Made by a program: the position numbers and the translations under genes
Notes under the pieces: generated by a model
Seen by the model: the letters and a program-made list of their open reading frames with translations, nothing else
Told to the model about the DNA's origin: nothing
Databases searched by the model: none
Shown here: positions 61,871 to 64,000 of the stretch, in pieces
Layout: each line of letters starts with the position of its first letter
How positions within the stretch are numbered: position 1 is the first letter of the stretch
Source of the DNA: Candidatus Latescibacterota bacterium
GTDB lineage: Bacteria > Latescibacterota > UBA2968
Reading direction: 5' to 3'
NCBI GenBank assembly: GCA_965208125.1
Contig: OZ242320.1
Location: 1,152,001-1,216,000, forward strand
DNA length: 64,000 nucleotides

Positions 61871-62629
61871 TCACATAACGACTTTTTCCCGCCCGCCAAT
61901 CGATGGCGGCTCCATAATCCGTCGCTGCTGATCTGTCACATTGGGATAATCGTCTGGATTGTAGTAATTCTGCGACCACGCCGAATGCCCCGGACTAAAT
62001 TTATACAGCAATGAACGGCGCTCGTGCTCGCCCTCCCAGGGCATTGTTCCATGCACCAGTGCCTCTGTAAAAATGATCATATCCCCGGCTTCTGCTTCGG
62101 GCTGATGTACATAGTGCGCCGGCTGCTCAAAATTGCGCACATCGTTGGGAATACTGACAAAATTGCTCTTATGCGACCCGGGAACACAGGCAAAGCCCCC
62201 ATCCCCTTTGCGCGCGGGCGCGAGATTATACGTAAACACCGTCAACCCATTGCGCATCACGCCATCATGGTATTTGTACCAATGATCCCCCGGCACACCC
62301 GCCTGCAGTGATGGCCCACCGTGCAACCGCCCGCGTCTTGCGCCCTTCTTCATAAAAATGCTATAATCGTGATCCACGCGAAATGCCGGCCCCAGCAACT
62401 CAATCATATACGGCAACGCATTGGGATGATCGAACAACGCCTGCGTCTCTGGCCCCCACATCGAAACGCGACTCGTGCGACGGTGCCCATCTTTTTCGTC
62501 GGCAGGATCAGCCCATACCTCATCAGCCAACTTATTCAGCGCATCCACCTCATCTGCGCTCAACACATCTTTAACAACCAAAAACCCCTGCAAATCAAAT
62601 CGAAACTTCTCTTCTTTTGTCATACCCAT
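61871..62629 (-). CDS. PhyH-family Fe(II)/2OG enzyme with H-x-G motif
   Basis: FDLQGFL, LHGG, GDGGF.CVPGSHKSN, FTEALVHG..PW....ERR; AGGAG SD. Confidence 0.85.
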   Translation of the reverse strand: MGMTKEEKFRFDLQGFLVVKDVLSADEVDALNKLADEVWADPADEKDGHRRTSRVSMWGPETQALFDHPNALPYMIELLGPAFRVDHDYSIFMKKGARRGRLHGGPSLQAGVPGDHWYKYHDGVMRNGLTVFTYNLAPARKGDGGFACVPGSHKSNFVSIPNDVRNFEQPAHYVHQPEAEAGDMIIFTEALVHGTMPWEGEHERRSLLYKFSPGHSAWSQNYYNPDDYPNVTDQQRRIMEPPSIGGREKVVM

Positions 62630-62703
62630 GAAATCGCTCCTTTTGTGATTTTGAGATAATTCAGGACCTGCAACCGTTGTTTCACACGCCGTCAAGCATC
62701 TTC

Positions 62704-63753
62704 TTAGTTGCACTCGTCCAAAAAATCCATGATTGCCGGTGTGGCGACCTCAATGAAATGCCTGAGTGTATCCGCCAGAGCGTTGGCGAACTCATCGTTC
62801 AGTGTATTACTACCGAAATTAACCTCGACTCGTCCCCAACTGTTACGCTGTTTTAGCCTTTGACCTTCGTGGACATCCAAATTATTCACAAAACTTTTCA
62901 ATGACTTGCTTTTACCATCAGAAAGGCCACCGATTTGCCCGTATTTGTTCTCGCCGTATCTGATTGCGACGAGTGCATTGCTACAGGATGCCGTCTTAGA
63001 TGGATCGTCGAACGTCATTTCGACTTCGTAGCATAGGGATCCCCAGTTTCCCCAGGGCTGCTCCCGATACCATAAGTGATAGCAGCGATCATTTTTATTC
63101 TCTCTGCCTTTAACGGCCTTTCTGCTATTCTTTGTTGGTTTGATTTCGTCAGGCAAACCATCTATTGCCAGATCCCTAACTCTTTTGACAAAGGACGTAA
63201 CGTCGTTCTTAATGTTCTGATCGGATTCAAGCGCGTCAGAAACACCATCTTCACTTTGCGTAGAGCGTTTAGGCTGTGCTTCGGCTTTCCCTCTGCCTAA
63301 AAACCAGTCTCTGATATCTTCTACTGCACGCTTCGCTTCGGGTGCGTTGATGCGTCCCAGCAGGTCGGCAATGTCATACAGACGAGCCTGGACGTAATCT
63401 GCATCTAGGTCCTGCCGTCCTGGATGTGCAACTTCATTACGCACATCTACGATTACCCACAACAGATTTCCGACCGTTTTATCACCCTTAAACACCTGAC
63501 TAAAGACAGGTTGCCACTTCCTGATGACCAGGTTTGGAAAGTCGTTAATGTCAATCGCATCCTCAACGTTGCCGCTCCGATCCAAGTTTTGCAGGAATAG
63601 CTCGCGTTTCTCATATAGCGATTCGCTTATCGCATCTTCGACTCGCATGCCCTGAACCCGCTTCAAGCATCGGACGATGAACGGGCGCATCGCGTCGCGG
63701 TAAATATCCAGCGCGTTAGAAAGCGCGTCCCGATTTGGACGATCCTTCATCAT
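62704..63753 (-). CDS. Swt1-like HEPN-domain protein with unrecognised C-terminal domain
   Basis: ALDIYRDAMRPFI, IDINDF...W..VF, RNEVAH (R-x4-H). Confidence 0.7.
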   Translation of the reverse strand: MMKDRPNRDALSNALDIYRDAMRPFIVRCLKRVQGMRVEDAISESLYEKRELFLQNLDRSGNVEDAIDINDFPNLVIRKWQPVFSQVFKGDKTVGNLLWVIVDVRNEVAHPGRQDLDADYVQARLYDIADLLGRINAPEAKRAVEDIRDWFLGRGKAEAQPKRSTQSEDGVSDALESDQNIKNDVTSFVKRVRDLAIDGLPDEIKPTKNSRKAVKGRENKNDRCYHLWYREQPWGNWGSLCYEVEMTFDDPSKTASCSNALVAIRYGENKYGQIGGLSDGKSKSLKSFVNNLDVHEGQRLKQRNSWGRVEVNFGSNTLNDEFANALADTLRHFIEVATPAIMDFLDECN

Positions 63754-63875
63754 TGCAATATACCTTTAAGTGAAACTCTGTTTTGAATGCGCCTACAAGT
63801 GAGGCAACTCCAGCTTGTATTCACAATTCTTTTTATACGTCATGTGTAACTTCAAGATCAGAGGTCAAATGAGCA

Positions 63876-63979
63876 CTGTCATTCTGAGCGGAGCGCAGCG
63901 AAGTCGAAGAATCTGCTGCCTCAACAGTGTGCATGGGCAACAGATGCTTCGTCAGCCTACGGCTTCCTCAGCATGACAG
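63876..63979. repeat. 104-bp palindromic element with terminal inverted repeats (REPIN/MITE-like)
   Basis: ctgtcattctgag ... ctcagcatgacag (12/13 match) and inner cgaagaatctg / cagatgcttcg. Confidence 0.75.
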
Positions 63980-64000
63980 GGTGTATAGCGCATTTATTTT

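Overview
Bacterial chromosomal window with no rRNA, tRNA, CRISPR array, integrase or transposase that I can recognise. 1-31.5 kb is mostly housekeeping: the end of an Opp/Dpp-type ABC operon, murA, a CCA-adding enzyme, rlmN, an M23 peptidase, larC, a helicase IV and clpP. It is interrupted by a 1542-aa secreted LRR-metallopeptidase, a BpsA-like aminopropyltransferase coupled to a DUF2156 gene, and a toxin-antitoxin debris islet. 31.7-62.7 kb is an almost entirely minus-strand catabolic region: 9 sulfatases, a PL8 chondroitinase-like lyase, GH82-like and GH117-like hydrolases, an MFS transporter and 7 of the window's 8 PhyH-family Fe(II)/2-oxoglutarate oxygenases. This gene repertoire resembles marine sponge symbionts (Latescibacterota/Gemmatimonadota/Poribacteria-like); that is inference only. 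Most interesting observations: (i) three PhyH-family proteins carry H-x-G in place of the H-x-D iron-ligand motif, the signature of Fe/2OG halogenases; (ii) the BpsA-like + DUF2156 pair; (iii) GH82 beside GH117 with apparently cytoplasmic sulfatases; (iv) a sulfatase with Thr at the formylglycine position; (v) a ~170-nt rod-like hairpin at 22441-22612; (vi) several families of REP-like and heptamer intergenic repeats. All family assignments come from motif recognition by eye, not database searches, and many start codons were re-picked by hand.
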